Below are positions 9,026 to 19,272 of a DNA stretch of 64,000 bases, in pieces. The notes under the pieces were generated by a model. The model saw nothing but the letters and a program-made list of their open reading frames with translations, searched no databases and had not been told where the DNA came from. The stretch comes from a virus. Position numbers and translations under genes: made by a program. Numbering within the stretch: the stretch's first letter is position 1; each line of letters begins with the position of its first letter. The DNA is taken from positions 3,194-67,193 of IMG/VR virus record IMGVR_UViG_3300027983_001201; one strand, 5' to 3'.

Positions 9026-10690
9026 ATGAAATACATAGTAACAGAGAGTCAATATAAGGTACTTCTAAAAGAAGATAGAATAGATTACTTAAAAACTCAA
9101 AATGTAATCTCTCAGGAAATGTTAGATGGTATCACTAATGGTGAAAGAGAATCAGATGAAGATAGGGAACCAGGAGGGATGAGACCTTCAAGGAATAGGA
9201 TTGACCCAATACAAAATGAAGAAGGTATAGATATTGCTTATATTATAACAAATAAAAAAGGTAAGACATCTATAAAATTAACTGATGAGATTTTTAATGA
9301 TATTGTGGAAGCGGATCCATCAAGTAATAAACAATATGTTCAATGGATGATTGGTGTATTTTTAAGACACCTTTCGGATGGTGATATTCCACAAGCTATA
9401 CGTTTTTTAACTGAAGATTTACCTGAAGCAAAAGAATTTTTAGGTGTCTTTGACAATATTAAAAAGAAAAAGGTATTTAAAACAGGTGCTCCGAATAGAC
9501 CAAACGCACCTTCAGATGTTTCGAACATTGATAAATACGATGATTTAGCTCATTTATATTCTATTGTTAGTCCATTTATTGGTGTAGATGATGATGGGGA
9601 TGATGAAACGACTGCTGGTGAGAAACTATGGAAAAAGTTAAAAAAATACGTAGATTTAGGACATGCTAGATTAGTATATAGAGATAATAGTGTCTTAGTT
9701 TACATACCAGATACAATAGAAGCTAGTTGTGACCCATTTGGTGATATAAAGTTAGCTACCTGGTGTACAAGGAAGGAGGGGAATTCTTATTTTAACTCTT
9801 ATAGAAATAATAATAAAAAACCAGATGGTTCAGCCTCAGATTTATATATTATATTACCTAAAACTATGTTTGATGGTGATCCAACGGGTGATGATTTTTA
9901 TCCTTTACAATTTCACTTTGAGAGTGATCAATTACATGATAAGACTAATAGGGGCATCGGTGATACTGATTTTAATAGAGTAGTTAATGATTTTCCAGGG
10001 TTAAGGTCATTCTTCATTAAAGAGTTGGGTGCGTTAGCATCGGCTGAAGTGACACAAGGTTCTGGTTTAATGGATAGTAAATATATAAAATACTTAAATA
10101 AGTTTGGTGGTAAAGCCCAAGACGTTATTAGTGATGAAGTTTATGAACAAGGTGTTATAAACATAAGAAAATTGGCTTCAGAACAACAAGTCCCATTACA
10201 ACAAAATAAATATTTGAAATGGTTAATGGAAAATACGGATGGTGTTGATATTACAGATTATTTAGATGCGTCCACAGATACTTTAGATTTCAGTAATATG
10301 TCATTAGGTACTATGCCAGATTTATCTAAATTTACTAACTTAAAAAGGTTAACAGCTAACGGTTGTAATTTAAATGAGTTACCACCAGTTAACTTTATAC
10401 CGACACCGAATAGAATACAAGTGTTCGCCTTTGCTAATAATAATATTAAAAGGGCCCCGATTAAAGGATATGCTGAGGTATTAACGAATTGTTTTCTATT
10501 TAATTTAGATAACAATCCTTTAACATTTATTGATGTACCAGAATTGGATAGAATGGTAGAAGCTAGTGGTTTGTCTAGATTTACATACAGTGATGACATA
10601 TTACCAAACTTAAAACCAAAGAATAGAGAAGATTTTAAGAAATTTTTAAGTGATGACACAGAAATTGGGTACTTTACTGGTTCAGTGTAA
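9026..10690 (+). CDS. Leader-bearing protein with DP..KQY/WCT domain and C-terminal leucine-rich repeats
   Basis: MKYIVTESQYKVLLKED; LDFSNMSL, LKRLTANGCNLNELP, FAFANNNIK, FNLDNNPL. Confidence 0.7.
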   Translation: MKYIVTESQYKVLLKEDRIDYLKTQNVISQEMLDGITNGERESDEDREPGGMRPSRNRIDPIQNEEGIDIAYIITNKKGKTSIKLTDEIFNDIVEADPSSNKQYVQWMIGVFLRHLSDGDIPQAIRFLTEDLPEAKEFLGVFDNIKKKKVFKTGAPNRPNAPSDVSNIDKYDDLAHLYSIVSPFIGVDDDGDDETTAGEKLWKKLKKYVDLGHARLVYRDNSVLVYIPDTIEASCDPFGDIKLATWCTRKEGNSYFNSYRNNNKKPDGSASDLYIILPKTMFDGDPTGDDFYPLQFHFESDQLHDKTNRGIGDTDFNRVVNDFPGLRSFFIKELGALASAEVTQGSGLMDSKYIKYLNKFGGKAQDVISDEVYEQGVINIRKLASEQQVPLQQNKYLKWLMENTDGVDITDYLDASTDTLDFSNMSLGTMPDLSKFTNLKRLTANGCNLNELPPVNFIPTPNRIQVFAFANNNIKRAPIKGYAEVLTNCFLFNLDNNPLTFIDVPELDRMVEASGLSRFTYSDDILPNLKPKNREDFKKFLSDDTEIGYFTGSV

Positions 10691-10717
10691 TAATTATATT
10701 AAACAAAAAAAACAAAA

Positions 10718-10900
10718 ATGAAAAAAGGAAAAAAGACAATCAGGCTAACTGAATCAGAAATGGTTTCACTTATTGAAAATATCGTGAAACAAGTTAAAAA
10801 TGAAAAGAAAAAAGAAATTACAGAATCTATAGAAAGTAAAAAACCTATTTCTAGCCGACCAGTAACTATAAATAAAAGAACACCAATAAGAAAAAGATAG
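10718..10900 (+). CDS. Small basic protein that is mostly leader
   Basis: TIRLTESEMVSLIENIVKQ. Confidence 0.65.
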   Translation: MKKGKKTIRLTESEMVSLIENIVKQVKNEKKKEITESIESKKPISSRPVTINKRTPIRKR

Positions 10901-10905
10901 TGATT

Positions 10906-11574
10906 ATGAAAAAAAAATTAAACATATTAAACGAAGAGATTAGAAGAATGCACCAACTATCTTCTTATAAAGAAGGTACTACACTGAATGAACAAGATGG
11001 TGATAACGCCCAATCTTCAAATGTAACACTTACTGACACTTTTAACGGGTTAGGTAAAGAACCTAAAGTTTTAAACTCTAATGATGGTTCAGATATAACG
11101 ATTGCTTTTCCCCAGATAAAAAAAGAAAAACTATTACACCCAGCGACAGATGGTGAACCAATAGAAGGTGACTATGGTGTAAAAATCAAAAATAGTGTAA
11201 TATTATCTTTAGGTGGTAAATACTATTTAGTTATTGGTTATATTGGTAAATTAGATAAAAATAACAAAGTGGTAGATGAAAAACCAATGGCTATGGTGAT
11301 ATCGACATCAAAATTTAATGGTACCGGTGCAGGTAGTCCAGTGAGAATATATAAAATTTTGGATAAAGTTAACAGTTTACCGTTCTTAACCGCTCAAATA
11401 CCTAAAATTATGGATATGGATAAAGAGCTGGCGGCTAGATGGTTTGAAGTTCATAAAGATATCTTAGTGAAAACGTTCAAGATGACTAGTTCATATGGTA
11501 TAGACACATCTATATTAGATGACCCTAAATTAGACGCATTCATTAAACAAACAAAAAGTCATATACAATCATAA
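10906..11574 (+). CDS. Hypothetical protein with LNEEIRRMHQL leader
   Basis: ATG 10906; ends at bidirectional hairpin. Confidence 0.75.
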   Translation: MKKKLNILNEEIRRMHQLSSYKEGTTLNEQDGDNAQSSNVTLTDTFNGLGKEPKVLNSNDGSDITIAFPQIKKEKLLHPATDGEPIEGDYGVKIKNSVILSLGGKYYLVIGYIGKLDKNNKVVDEKPMAMVISTSKFNGTGAGSPVRIYKILDKVNSLPFLTAQIPKIMDMDKELAARWFEVHKDILVKTFKMTSSYGIDTSILDDPKLDAFIKQTKSHIQS

Positions 11575-11580
11575 AAAAAT

Positions 11581-11616
11581 AATAATATAAGGGGTATTTA
11601 TACCCCTTATATTATT
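11581..11616. terminator. Bidirectional terminator, perfect 16-bp stem
   Basis: AATAATATAAGGGGTA-ttta-TACCCCTTATATTATT between convergent genes. Confidence 0.85.
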
Positions 11617-12169
11617 TATGTGTAACCACACTTTTATCGATTATACATCTTAAGTTATCATTATTATAGTAGATAACAATGTCCTTTACTACTTTACCCG
11701 TAATCTTATCTCTCACTACAATTGTTTCTAGTGATAGGTTTTCTCCAGTGTTACTGTGTCCACTATTATCTACCCAATATTTAATTTCATAATTCGTTGT
11801 ATCATAAACCTTAATGTAGTTTGTGACCCAATCATTATAGGTAATATGTTCATCATCATCTAAATATGTAAAACCACCAATCTTTAGTTCCAAAATACGT
11901 GGATTGATGATACCATACATATGTTTAACGGATTCATCTGTGAAGATATCTTTTAATAAACCTTTTAGTAGTGGTGCGTCATTATCACCTGTTTTAAATA
12001 TTCTTGTGGTGGTTTTCCATTGATTAAGCTCTCCCATCATCCCATTAATCCCAACAGCTAATGATGAATCACAATCACACTCTTTCATCATTACGTCTAC
12101 TTGTTCTTGTGTTTGTGAATACCCAATCCCACTTACTAACAATACGAATACTAATATTAAATTTTTCAT
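11612..12169 (-). CDS. Secreted/periplasmic protein with Sec signal peptide
   Basis: MKNLILVFVLLVSGIGYSQ, Bacteroidota-style cleavage before Gln. Confidence 0.75.
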   Translation of the reverse strand: MKNLILVFVLLVSGIGYSQTQEQVDVMMKECDCDSSLAVGINGMMGELNQWKTTTRIFKTGDNDAPLLKGLLKDIFTDESVKHMYGIINPRILELKIGGFTYLDDDEHITYNDWVTNYIKVYDTTNYEIKYWVDNSGHSNTGENLSLETIVVRDKITGKVVKDIVIYYNNDNLRCIIDKSVVTHK

Positions 12170-12224
12170 AGTTATTTATTTTTATACTACAAATATACAC
12201 CTATTATTCCGATTATCCTAATTA
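12129..12224. repeat. 96-bp direct repeat copy 1 (promoter + leader + first 14 codons)
   Basis: Near-identical to 14687-14782. Confidence 0.95.
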
Positions 12225-12275
12225 ATATGTATTTTTTTTAGAATAATCTTATATTTATAAATATAGAATGGTATT

Positions 12276-13853
12276 ATGAAAAAAAAACTTACACTAAACG
12301 AAGAATTAAATAGAATGAAAAGACTTATGGATTTTTCCATAGTTGAAAACTCTCATGATGTATTGGCTGAAGAGAATATGAAAGAGAAATATCTTCTTAA
12401 TGAACAATCTCCATCAATGGTTGGTGGGGGACGAGGAAAATTTAGAGGAGAATTTGGAGGAGGAGTAACTGTGAATAAAAAAGTTAAAGCTAAAAAGGCG
12501 TCTCAAGAAGATATTTCTAGTTTAGGTGAAGATATATTCTCTAAAGAAATTTTAGAGGTATTTTCATCAGGTGGAAGAGGAAAACTTAAAATTACTGAAG
12601 AACAAGCAAAAGAAATGTCTAAAGCATTTGTTGCTAAGGCTCAGGTGAAAGGTAGTGATACAAATAAGAAATTTAGGAAAGGGTTATTACTTGGTAACTT
12701 GTATTTTAAAAGAACCCTACCAGACACCCAAGGTGTCGAATTGGACGTTTTAGGTGAAAAAGTAAATGCTAATTGGTCTGTTAATGGTGCACCTATTAAA
12801 AGTAAAGATGGTACTGATACCCCAGAAATACCTATCTATGATTCTAATATGAAAGTTATTTATAAATCAACAAATGCTGAAGCGATTTCTAATTGGGTAA
12901 CTAATCAAAACATCGATTTATTTAAGTCAGGTGAGGAACAATACTATTTAACTACGTTTAATAAAATAGATGGAGAAATGAAACCTAGTAAACACGGTTT
13001 CTTTATGGGAGTTAAAGGTAAAACTTTACCTGACAGTATCGTTACTATTGGTGTGGGTAGTGCTGAATCTACTCCGGGGACAGAAACTGATCCTATCCCA
13101 TTCGAAAAACCAATAACTGTAGAATTAACTGTAGAAATGGGTGAATCTTTTAAATCGGGTTTCAGTACATTTAAAGATCCAAAAACTGCGAAAACAACTT
13201 TATTAACAAAAATTAAAGAGGAATTAAATAAAAAAGGTTTTATTAACCTAAATATAAGTGATATAAGTGTAATATCATCGGCAAGTAATTTCTATGGTAA
13301 GGTGGTTGACTTTACCCATGATGAAAGTGGTAACCCAGTAAAAGGAGGTATAAACTTTACCCAATCACCAACAAAAACAAATGATGTAAGTGTAGATAAC
13401 AATAACCTTCTTGCTTGGAATAGGGGTTTGGGAATTGTGGAACTTATGAATCAAACTAATGGTACTGATTTAGGTGATAATTTAGGTAAAGTAACTATTG
13501 CTGATGATGTTAATGAAAAGGTTGAGTGGAGAGTAACTGATACTGGTGGATCTGTTGATGTACCAGGTGAAGAAGGTGCTGGACAATACGCAAAAATATA
13601 TATTAGGGGAGAGGTGATAAGGATGGAAAAGGGTGAAAAACCAGGTACTACAACAACTGGAACAAATGAAGCAAATTTAAGACAAACCATACTTTATTTA
13701 GATTCGAAATCGAGTAAGGGTGGTATTAGAATGGCAACTTGGTTTGACCTTAGAAGGGCTAAATATGATAAGAGTGGTATAAAAGATAGGCGAACACCTG
13801 GAACCTTTAGTGGTTTACCAAAATGGTTAGATAGAATTATATATGGGAAATAA
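12276..13853 (+). CDS. Leader-bearing protein with OmpA-C-like region
   Basis: MKKKLTLNEELNRMKRLM; FKSG...ISVISSAS...NNNLLAWNRG resembles the OmpA-like peptidoglycan-binding pattern. Confidence 0.6.
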   Translation: MKKKLTLNEELNRMKRLMDFSIVENSHDVLAEENMKEKYLLNEQSPSMVGGGRGKFRGEFGGGVTVNKKVKAKKASQEDISSLGEDIFSKEILEVFSSGGRGKLKITEEQAKEMSKAFVAKAQVKGSDTNKKFRKGLLLGNLYFKRTLPDTQGVELDVLGEKVNANWSVNGAPIKSKDGTDTPEIPIYDSNMKVIYKSTNAEAISNWVTNQNIDLFKSGEEQYYLTTFNKIDGEMKPSKHGFFMGVKGKTLPDSIVTIGVGSAESTPGTETDPIPFEKPITVELTVEMGESFKSGFSTFKDPKTAKTTLLTKIKEELNKKGFINLNISDISVISSASNFYGKVVDFTHDESGNPVKGGINFTQSPTKTNDVSVDNNNLLAWNRGLGIVELMNQTNGTDLGDNLGKVTIADDVNEKVEWRVTDTGGSVDVPGEEGAGQYAKIYIRGEVIRMEKGEKPGTTTTGTNEANLRQTILYLDSKSSKGGIRMATWFDLRRAKYDKSGIKDRRTPGTFSGLPKWLDRIIYGK

Positions 13854-13860
13854 ATAAATT

Positions 13861-13886
13861 AAAGGAGGGTTACCCCCCCTTTTTTT
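13861..13886. terminator. Intrinsic terminator between convergent genes
   Basis: AAAGGAGGG-tta-CCCCCCCTTTTTTT. Confidence 0.7.
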
Positions 13887-14727
13887 ATTGTTGATTAGCA
13901 AACAAATCAGTATTAATTTTTGATTTGTCTTTACCCATTACGGTTACAAAAGACATTCTACTATTATTGAAATCCATAATGAACGACACACCCATTAAAT
14001 CAATATCATCAGATGACATATATAACTCCCAGTGTTTTGTTGAATTTTTAAAATCTTTTAAAAATAAATTCGCAATAGATTTAACATTTACATGGTCAAT
14101 GTTTTTTACATAGTAGTTAATTGCGGCTTGTCTATTAAAGGTTGCAATGTGTCCGACAAGTCCTGCACTCACACATTCTCCAACGTACACTCGATTAGGA
14201 CAGTAGTATTTAACTCTATCTGATGGGTGATCTAAAATTTTTAAGTCACCTTTATAGACGTAATCTTTTTTACTTTCAACACCTCTAAAAGAAACGATAC
14301 CTTGAAACTTTTCCCATTCCCCATGAGTCGCACCACATCCCACTTCAGATAGATACTGTGCGTGATGATTAGACGCCAACGAAAGGATAGAATCATATTC
14401 CATCTTAACTACAGTCATTTCTTTGGATATGATAATAAAGTTGATATTATTACCCTTAGATTTTTTTATAATCTGACAAGAGTTACCCTGAGATTCTTCT
14501 TTCTTCTTAATAGATTTCAACTCTTTCTGAGAAAGTCCATCGGAGGATCTATAAATGAATTCTTTCTCAATAGTCAGATTACTTCTCGCAGAATCAATAA
14601 GTCTAACAAATTCCCTTTCCACCGCAAGTCTGTTCTCGTTATACCACTTCTCTAATGTATCATTGTGACTTTGAGAAAAACTCAATCCACTTACTAACAA
14701 TACGAATACTAATATTAAATTTTTCAT
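13885..14727 (-). CDS. Secreted CAP/SCP-like domain protein
   Basis: Signal peptide MKNLILVFVLLVSGLSFSQ; LSLASNHHAQYL...H...PSDRV...GEC...FKNSTKH...MGVS. Confidence 0.7.
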   Translation of the reverse strand: MKNLILVFVLLVSGLSFSQSHNDTLEKWYNENRLAVEREFVRLIDSARSNLTIEKEFIYRSSDGLSQKELKSIKKKEESQGNSCQIIKKSKGNNINFIIISKEMTVVKMEYDSILSLASNHHAQYLSEVGCGATHGEWEKFQGIVSFRGVESKKDYVYKGDLKILDHPSDRVKYYCPNRVYVGECVSAGLVGHIATFNRQAAINYYVKNIDHVNVKSIANLFLKDFKNSTKHWELYMSSDDIDLMGVSFIMDFNNSRMSFVTVMGKDKSKINTDLFANQQ

Positions 14728-14782
14728 AGTTATTTATTTTTATACTACGAATATACAACAAATATTCCGATTATCCTAATTA
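14687..14782. repeat. 96-bp direct repeat copy 2
   Basis: Near-identical to 12129-12224; abuts the clpC stop codon. Confidence 0.95.
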
Positions 14783-17700
14783 TTCGACCTTAATTACTAT
14801 TTTTTCTTTGGTTTTAACATAACTAACCTTAATAGTTTGACCTTCTTTAACCTTACCTTTAAGTATTTCTTCAGATACAGGATCCTCAACATACGTTTGG
14901 ATAGCACGATTTAGTGGTCTAGCACCATAATCTTCATCGTACCCTATTTCAATAAGATAGTCTCTAACAGTTTTATTAATTTGTAGATTATAACCAATCT
15001 CTTCAACTCTATCTCTAAGATTAATAATTTCTAAATCAACAATTTGACCAATCTCATCTTTTGTTAATGATTTAAATATGATAACATCATCAAGTCTATT
15101 TAAGAATTCAGGTGCAAAGTGTTTTTTAAGTTCATCCCTTAATAAATCTTCTTTACCAATATTTTCTCTCTCTAATTTAGATTTAGTTCCAAAACCAACA
15201 CCAGTTCCAAAATCTTGTAATTTTTTAACACCAATGTTAGATGTCATGATAACCATACAATTTTTAAAGTTAACTTTTCTACCCAAACTATCAGTTAATT
15301 GTCCATCATCTAATAATTGTAATAGAACATTGTATATATCTTTATTGGCTTTCTCAATTTCATCAAACAATATAATAGAGTATGGTTTTCTTCTAACCTT
15401 TTCAGTTAATTGTCCACCCTCTTCGTGTCCAACATACCCAGGAGGAGAACCAATTAATCTGGAGATTGAATGTTTCTCTTGAAATTCAGACATATCAAAT
15501 CGTATTAATGAATCCTCATCACCAAACATATACTGAGCCAATTTTTTCGTCAAATGTGTATTATGGGTAACGGTAAAATCACCTAAAAGATAAAGATGGT
15601 TACCGTCTAATGTAAAACCGAAGTAATCGTCTATTTTTAATGCTTCTATTTTAAATCCAGTAACTAAAACGTCTTTTTTCTGTTTTCTTTTTTGTGATTT
15701 TTTTCTTTCTAATAATAGAGGTAAATCGCTTAAATCACCACTAATATATATTCTATAATATAGTTCACCATCAACGAACTTCTCTTTAATGCTCGTACAA
15801 TACCCCAATGACCGACTTAAATAAACTATATCATCTGATAATTTTTTATTTTTCTGAACTATCTCATAACATTTATGGTACATATAACCATCGGAATCTA
15901 TTATACCCGATAATAACATTTTTCTATCCTCAACACCACTAGTTAAGTAATCAAAAGGGATGTGTTTATTATCTAAAAGATTATAATGTTTAAAATCTTT
16001 CCTTAATAGACAAGATTGACCACCTTTCATTCCTGTAGAAACGTAATATGTGTTAGATTTATTATTTTCATGTAAATGTATAGACACACTATATTCTTCA
16101 GTTATTTCGTCATCAAGATCACTAACTAAAACTTTTTTAGTATTTAATTTATTAACAAAAGATTCGATATAATCTACAATTTCTTTATCCGCTGTGGTGA
16201 CACCAACACGTTTACTAATACCATCACCTAACCACAAACCTAAAAAATATGGGTCAATCTTGATGTCTTTTTTAGTGAAATCAACACCAACACTATATAA
16301 TTTATGGGTATGTTTAAACCACTTACTTTTTTCCAGATATTCTTTGATTGAAATATTGATTATTTTTTTAGTTGTAGTATTCTTTAATGATAAAATATGT
16401 GATTCATTACATGTAAATGTGTCACCACCCTTCTTTGGGGTTATCTCATACATTTGATCTTTACCCCTAGCTAACGATAACACCGTTCTTGGTGTTGAGT
16501 CGTCACCCATTAACAATTCACCCACTAAAATATCCTCAACGTTTTTAATCGAACCATCATACATCAATACTTTAGTACCTTTACCATGACACTTACCTAC
16601 GCCTGTCGGACCTAAGAACATAAAAGATCCGATAGGCTTCTTAGGGTTTCTAATCCCTACTCTATTACGTCTTAGTGATTGAGCAATCTTAAGTAAAGCT
16701 TCGTCTTGTCCGATAATTGAACCATGTAAATCTTTTTCCATTTCTAATAGTCTTCTACCTTGATCACCAGTAAGTCTATTTAATGGTATACCTGTCATTA
16801 TAGAAACCACTTCATTCACATCTTCAGGTGTAATAGTTTTTCTTTTTTTATCTAAAGTAGTTAACCACTTTCTTTTTTCAGATTCTAACTTTTCCGATAT
16901 AATTCTTTCAGTATCTCTAAGTCTAGCAGCTTCTTCATATTTTTGACTTTTAACTACATCATTTTTTTCTTCTTTAATGTCGATAATCTCACACTCTAAC
17001 TCACTAATTTTTTTTGGTGGTTTAGAATTTACTTGAGATCGAGACCCAACCTCATCCATAATATCTATAGCCTTATCGGGAAACTCTCTATCTGTTATAT
17101 ATCTATCCGCTAGTTTAACACATTTTTCAATTGTTTCTATTGGGTAATTTACTTTATGAAAATTTTCATAAGAAAATTTTATTTTATTAAGTATCTTAAT
17201 GGTGTCTTCTACTGAAGGTGGGTTTATAATCACTTGTTGGAATCTTCTAGCTAACGCGCCATCCTTTTCAATATTCTCTCTATATTCATCTAAAGTAGTC
17301 GCACCAACCAATTGTAAGTCACCTCTACCTAAAGCTGGTTTCAATACATTAGCAGCATCCATAGATCCTGAAGCGTTACCAGCACCAACCATTGTGTGTA
17401 CCTCGTCAATAAATAAAATAACGTTATCTACCGACACTAACTCATCAACAATACCCTTAATCCTTTCTTCAAACTGACCTCTATATTTGGTACCAGCAAC
17501 TAAAGACGCTAAATCTAAAGAAACTATTCTTTTATTTAATAATGTCCTAGGGGCTTCACCCTGAACAATTTTTAAAGCCAAACCTTCAGCAATTGTAGTT
17601 TTACCAACACCAGGTTCACCTATTAATATTGGGTTATTTTTCTTTTTTCTAGCTAATATCTGAGCAACTCTTTGTATTATATCGTCTCTACCAATAACTG

Positions 17701-18286
17701 GATCAATTTTACCTTCTACAGCCCTTTTAGTTAAGTCCACTGAGAAGTTATCTAATATAGGTGTTTCATTACTTTTACCCTTACCTTTAATTTGTTTTTT
17801 ATAGTTTTTGAAGTTTTCACCTTCATCACTATCCATAGGTTCTATACTATTTTTAATGGTATAGATTTTTAATTCCTTATCATATTTTTTATATGTTACC
17901 TTCATACTCTTTAAAATATTATTTATTTCGTTTTTTGTTTTTAACAAAGATAGTAAAATATGTTGGGTATCCAAATATTCATTATTAAGAATGTCACATT
18001 CTTTTTCAGCACCCTTTATAACATTCTCTGTTATGATATTTAATGGTAATGATATGTCATAATCCTCACTACCACTATTTAATTTAGATATTGAGTTCTC
18101 AATTTTTTTATGTACAACATCCACATCAATACCCATTTCAATTAAAACTTTAATTGCTACATTATCATAATCATTTATAATTGCAACCATTAAATGTTCA
18201 ACTCTAACCTCCCAATCTTCATATAATTTGGCTTGTTTGATGGACATACTTATTATTTTTTTCACTTTGGTTGATATTTTTTTCAT
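14780..18286 (-). CDS. clpC: ATP-dependent Clp protease ATPase subunit ClpC, intein-containing
   Basis: Clp-N repeats, GEPGVGKT, FIDEVH, UVR-type QKYEEAARLRD, GPTGVGK, VGFG ClpP-binding loop, GARPL; 824-aa extein. Confidence 0.92.
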   Translation of the reverse strand: MKKISTKVKKIISMSIKQAKLYEDWEVRVEHLMVAIINDYDNVAIKVLIEMGIDVDVVHKKIENSISKLNSGSEDYDISLPLNIITENVIKGAEKECDILNNEYLDTQHILLSLLKTKNEINNILKSMKVTYKKYDKELKIYTIKNSIEPMDSDEGENFKNYKKQIKGKGKSNETPILDNFSVDLTKRAVEGKIDPVIGRDDIIQRVAQILARKKKNNPILIGEPGVGKTTIAEGLALKIVQGEAPRTLLNKRIVSLDLASLVAGTKYRGQFEERIKGIVDELVSVDNVILFIDEVHTMVGAGNASGSMDAANVLKPALGRGDLQLVGATTLDEYRENIEKDGALARRFQQVIINPPSVEDTIKILNKIKFSYENFHKVNYPIETIEKCVKLADRYITDREFPDKAIDIMDEVGSRSQVNSKPPKKISELECEIIDIKEEKNDVVKSQKYEEAARLRDTERIISEKLESEKRKWLTTLDKKRKTITPEDVNEVVSIMTGIPLNRLTGDQGRRLLEMEKDLHGSIIGQDEALLKIAQSLRRNRVGIRNPKKPIGSFMFLGPTGVGKCHGKGTKVLMYDGSIKNVEDILVGELLMGDDSTPRTVLSLARGKDQMYEITPKKGGDTFTCNESHILSLKNTTTKKIINISIKEYLEKSKWFKHTHKLYSVGVDFTKKDIKIDPYFLGLWLGDGISKRVGVTTADKEIVDYIESFVNKLNTKKVLVSDLDDEITEEYSVSIHLHENNKSNTYYVSTGMKGGQSCLLRKDFKHYNLLDNKHIPFDYLTSGVEDRKMLLSGIIDSDGYMYHKCYEIVQKNKKLSDDIVYLSRSLGYCTSIKEKFVDGELYYRIYISGDLSDLPLLLERKKSQKRKQKKDVLVTGFKIEALKIDDYFGFTLDGNHLYLLGDFTVTHNTHLTKKLAQYMFGDEDSLIRFDMSEFQEKHSISRLIGSPPGYVGHEEGGQLTEKVRRKPYSIILFDEIEKANKDIYNVLLQLLDDGQLTDSLGRKVNFKNCMVIMTSNIGVKKLQDFGTGVGFGTKSKLERENIGKEDLLRDELKKHFAPEFLNRLDDVIIFKSLTKDEIGQIVDLEIINLRDRVEEIGYNLQINKTVRDYLIEIGYDEDYGARPLNRAIQTYVEDPVSEEILKGKVKEGQTIKVSYVKTKEKIVIKVE
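15560..16591 (-). mobile_element. Intein with LAGLIDADG homing endonuclease (344 aa) in ClpC NBD2 Walker A
   Basis: GPTGVGK|CHGKGT...TVTHN|THL; FLGLWLGDG and LLSGIIDSDG. Confidence 0.93.
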
Positions 18287-18315
18287 GAATATTTTGTTTA
18301 TTTAATAAATATTGG

Positions 18316-18323
18316 TATATTTG
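18316..18323 (+). promoter_or_regulatory. Bacteroidota-type -7 element TATATTTG (representative; also 19333-19340 +, 2212-2219 -, 3065-3072 -, 12190-12197 -)
   Basis: Matches TAnnTTTG consensus, found a few to ~25 nt upstream of start codons. Confidence 0.65.
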
Positions 18324-18345
18324 TTTTAAACTTATATATAATATT

Positions 18346-19272
18346 ATGGAAAGTCAATACAATTTGAGATTAGGTAATACAAAAATCATACTAAAAGAGA
18401 TGGTAGAAAAAAACCAAAAAGTGGATATGATTTTCACTTCACCACCTTACTATTCTATGAGAAAGAATTATAGTGGGAATGATGATGGGGAAATAGGTTC
18501 TATACATGTCGATGATTACGCTGATTGGTTTTTAGAATTCACTGAACTTTTTCTAAAAGTCTTAAAACCCAACGGTAGTTTCTTTCTCAATATCAATGAA
18601 AAGATAGATAAAGGTGTTGTTCACCCAGTTTTAGATGAATTAAAGTATAAGATGAGGAAACAAGGGTGGAATCTGGTAGCTAAACCTTATATATGGTTTA
18701 AGAAAAACTCTATGCCAACAAATTGTAAATATAGAGCGATAGATAGATATGAATATGTATTCCATTTTTCTAATTCTAATAAACCTAAATTTGTTGCTGA
18801 TAATTGTAGAACAGAACATTCTGAAGTCACTAAAAAAAGATTTAAGAGTCCAGTTACGACTATAAACTCTAGGGATGGTATTTATGAATCAGAAATGAAG
18901 ACTTTAAATGAAAAGGGTTCTTTACCCCACAATGTAGTGATTACAGCTTCAGAATCTAACCCCAGTGTATTACACCCAGCACCCTTTCACGTTGATCTGG
19001 CTGATTGGTTTGTTAGAATCGGTAGTGAAGAGGGTGATGTAGTCTTAGATCCATTCGCAGGGTCTTCTACAACAGGTGTTGCATCATTAAAGAACAATAG
19101 AAAGTACATTGGTATTGACTTAGTGGATTTTAACATTGAGTTCGGTACTAAGAGAATGGATTATTTCCTTGAAACTGGAGAATGTTACATACCAAAAAAT
19201 AAGTTAGAAGAATTAGGTATCGATGTGAACTACTATAAAATAAAAGGTAAACACATTAACAACCCATGTTAA
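18346..19272 (+). CDS. Beta-class N4-cytosine/N6-adenine DNA methyltransferase
   Basis: IFTSPPY motif IV, HPAPF, VLDPFAGSSTTG motif I. Confidence 0.9.
   Translation: MESQYNLRLGNTKIILKEMVEKNQKVDMIFTSPPYYSMRKNYSGNDDGEIGSIHVDDYADWFLEFTELFLKVLKPNGSFFLNINEKIDKGVVHPVLDELKYKMRKQGWNLVAKPYIWFKKNSMPTNCKYRAIDRYEYVFHFSNSNKPKFVADNCRTEHSEVTKKRFKSPVTTINSRDGIYESEMKTLNEKGSLPHNVVITASESNPSVLHPAPFHVDLADWFVRIGSEEGDVVLDPFAGSSTTGVASLKNNRKYIGIDLVDFNIEFGTKRMDYFLETGECYIPKNKLEELGIDVNYYKIKGKHINNPC

Noticed and set aside
18346-19272. Restriction-modification system around the methyltransferase
   Set aside because: No recognisable endonuclease adjacent; orphan methyltransferases are common in phages
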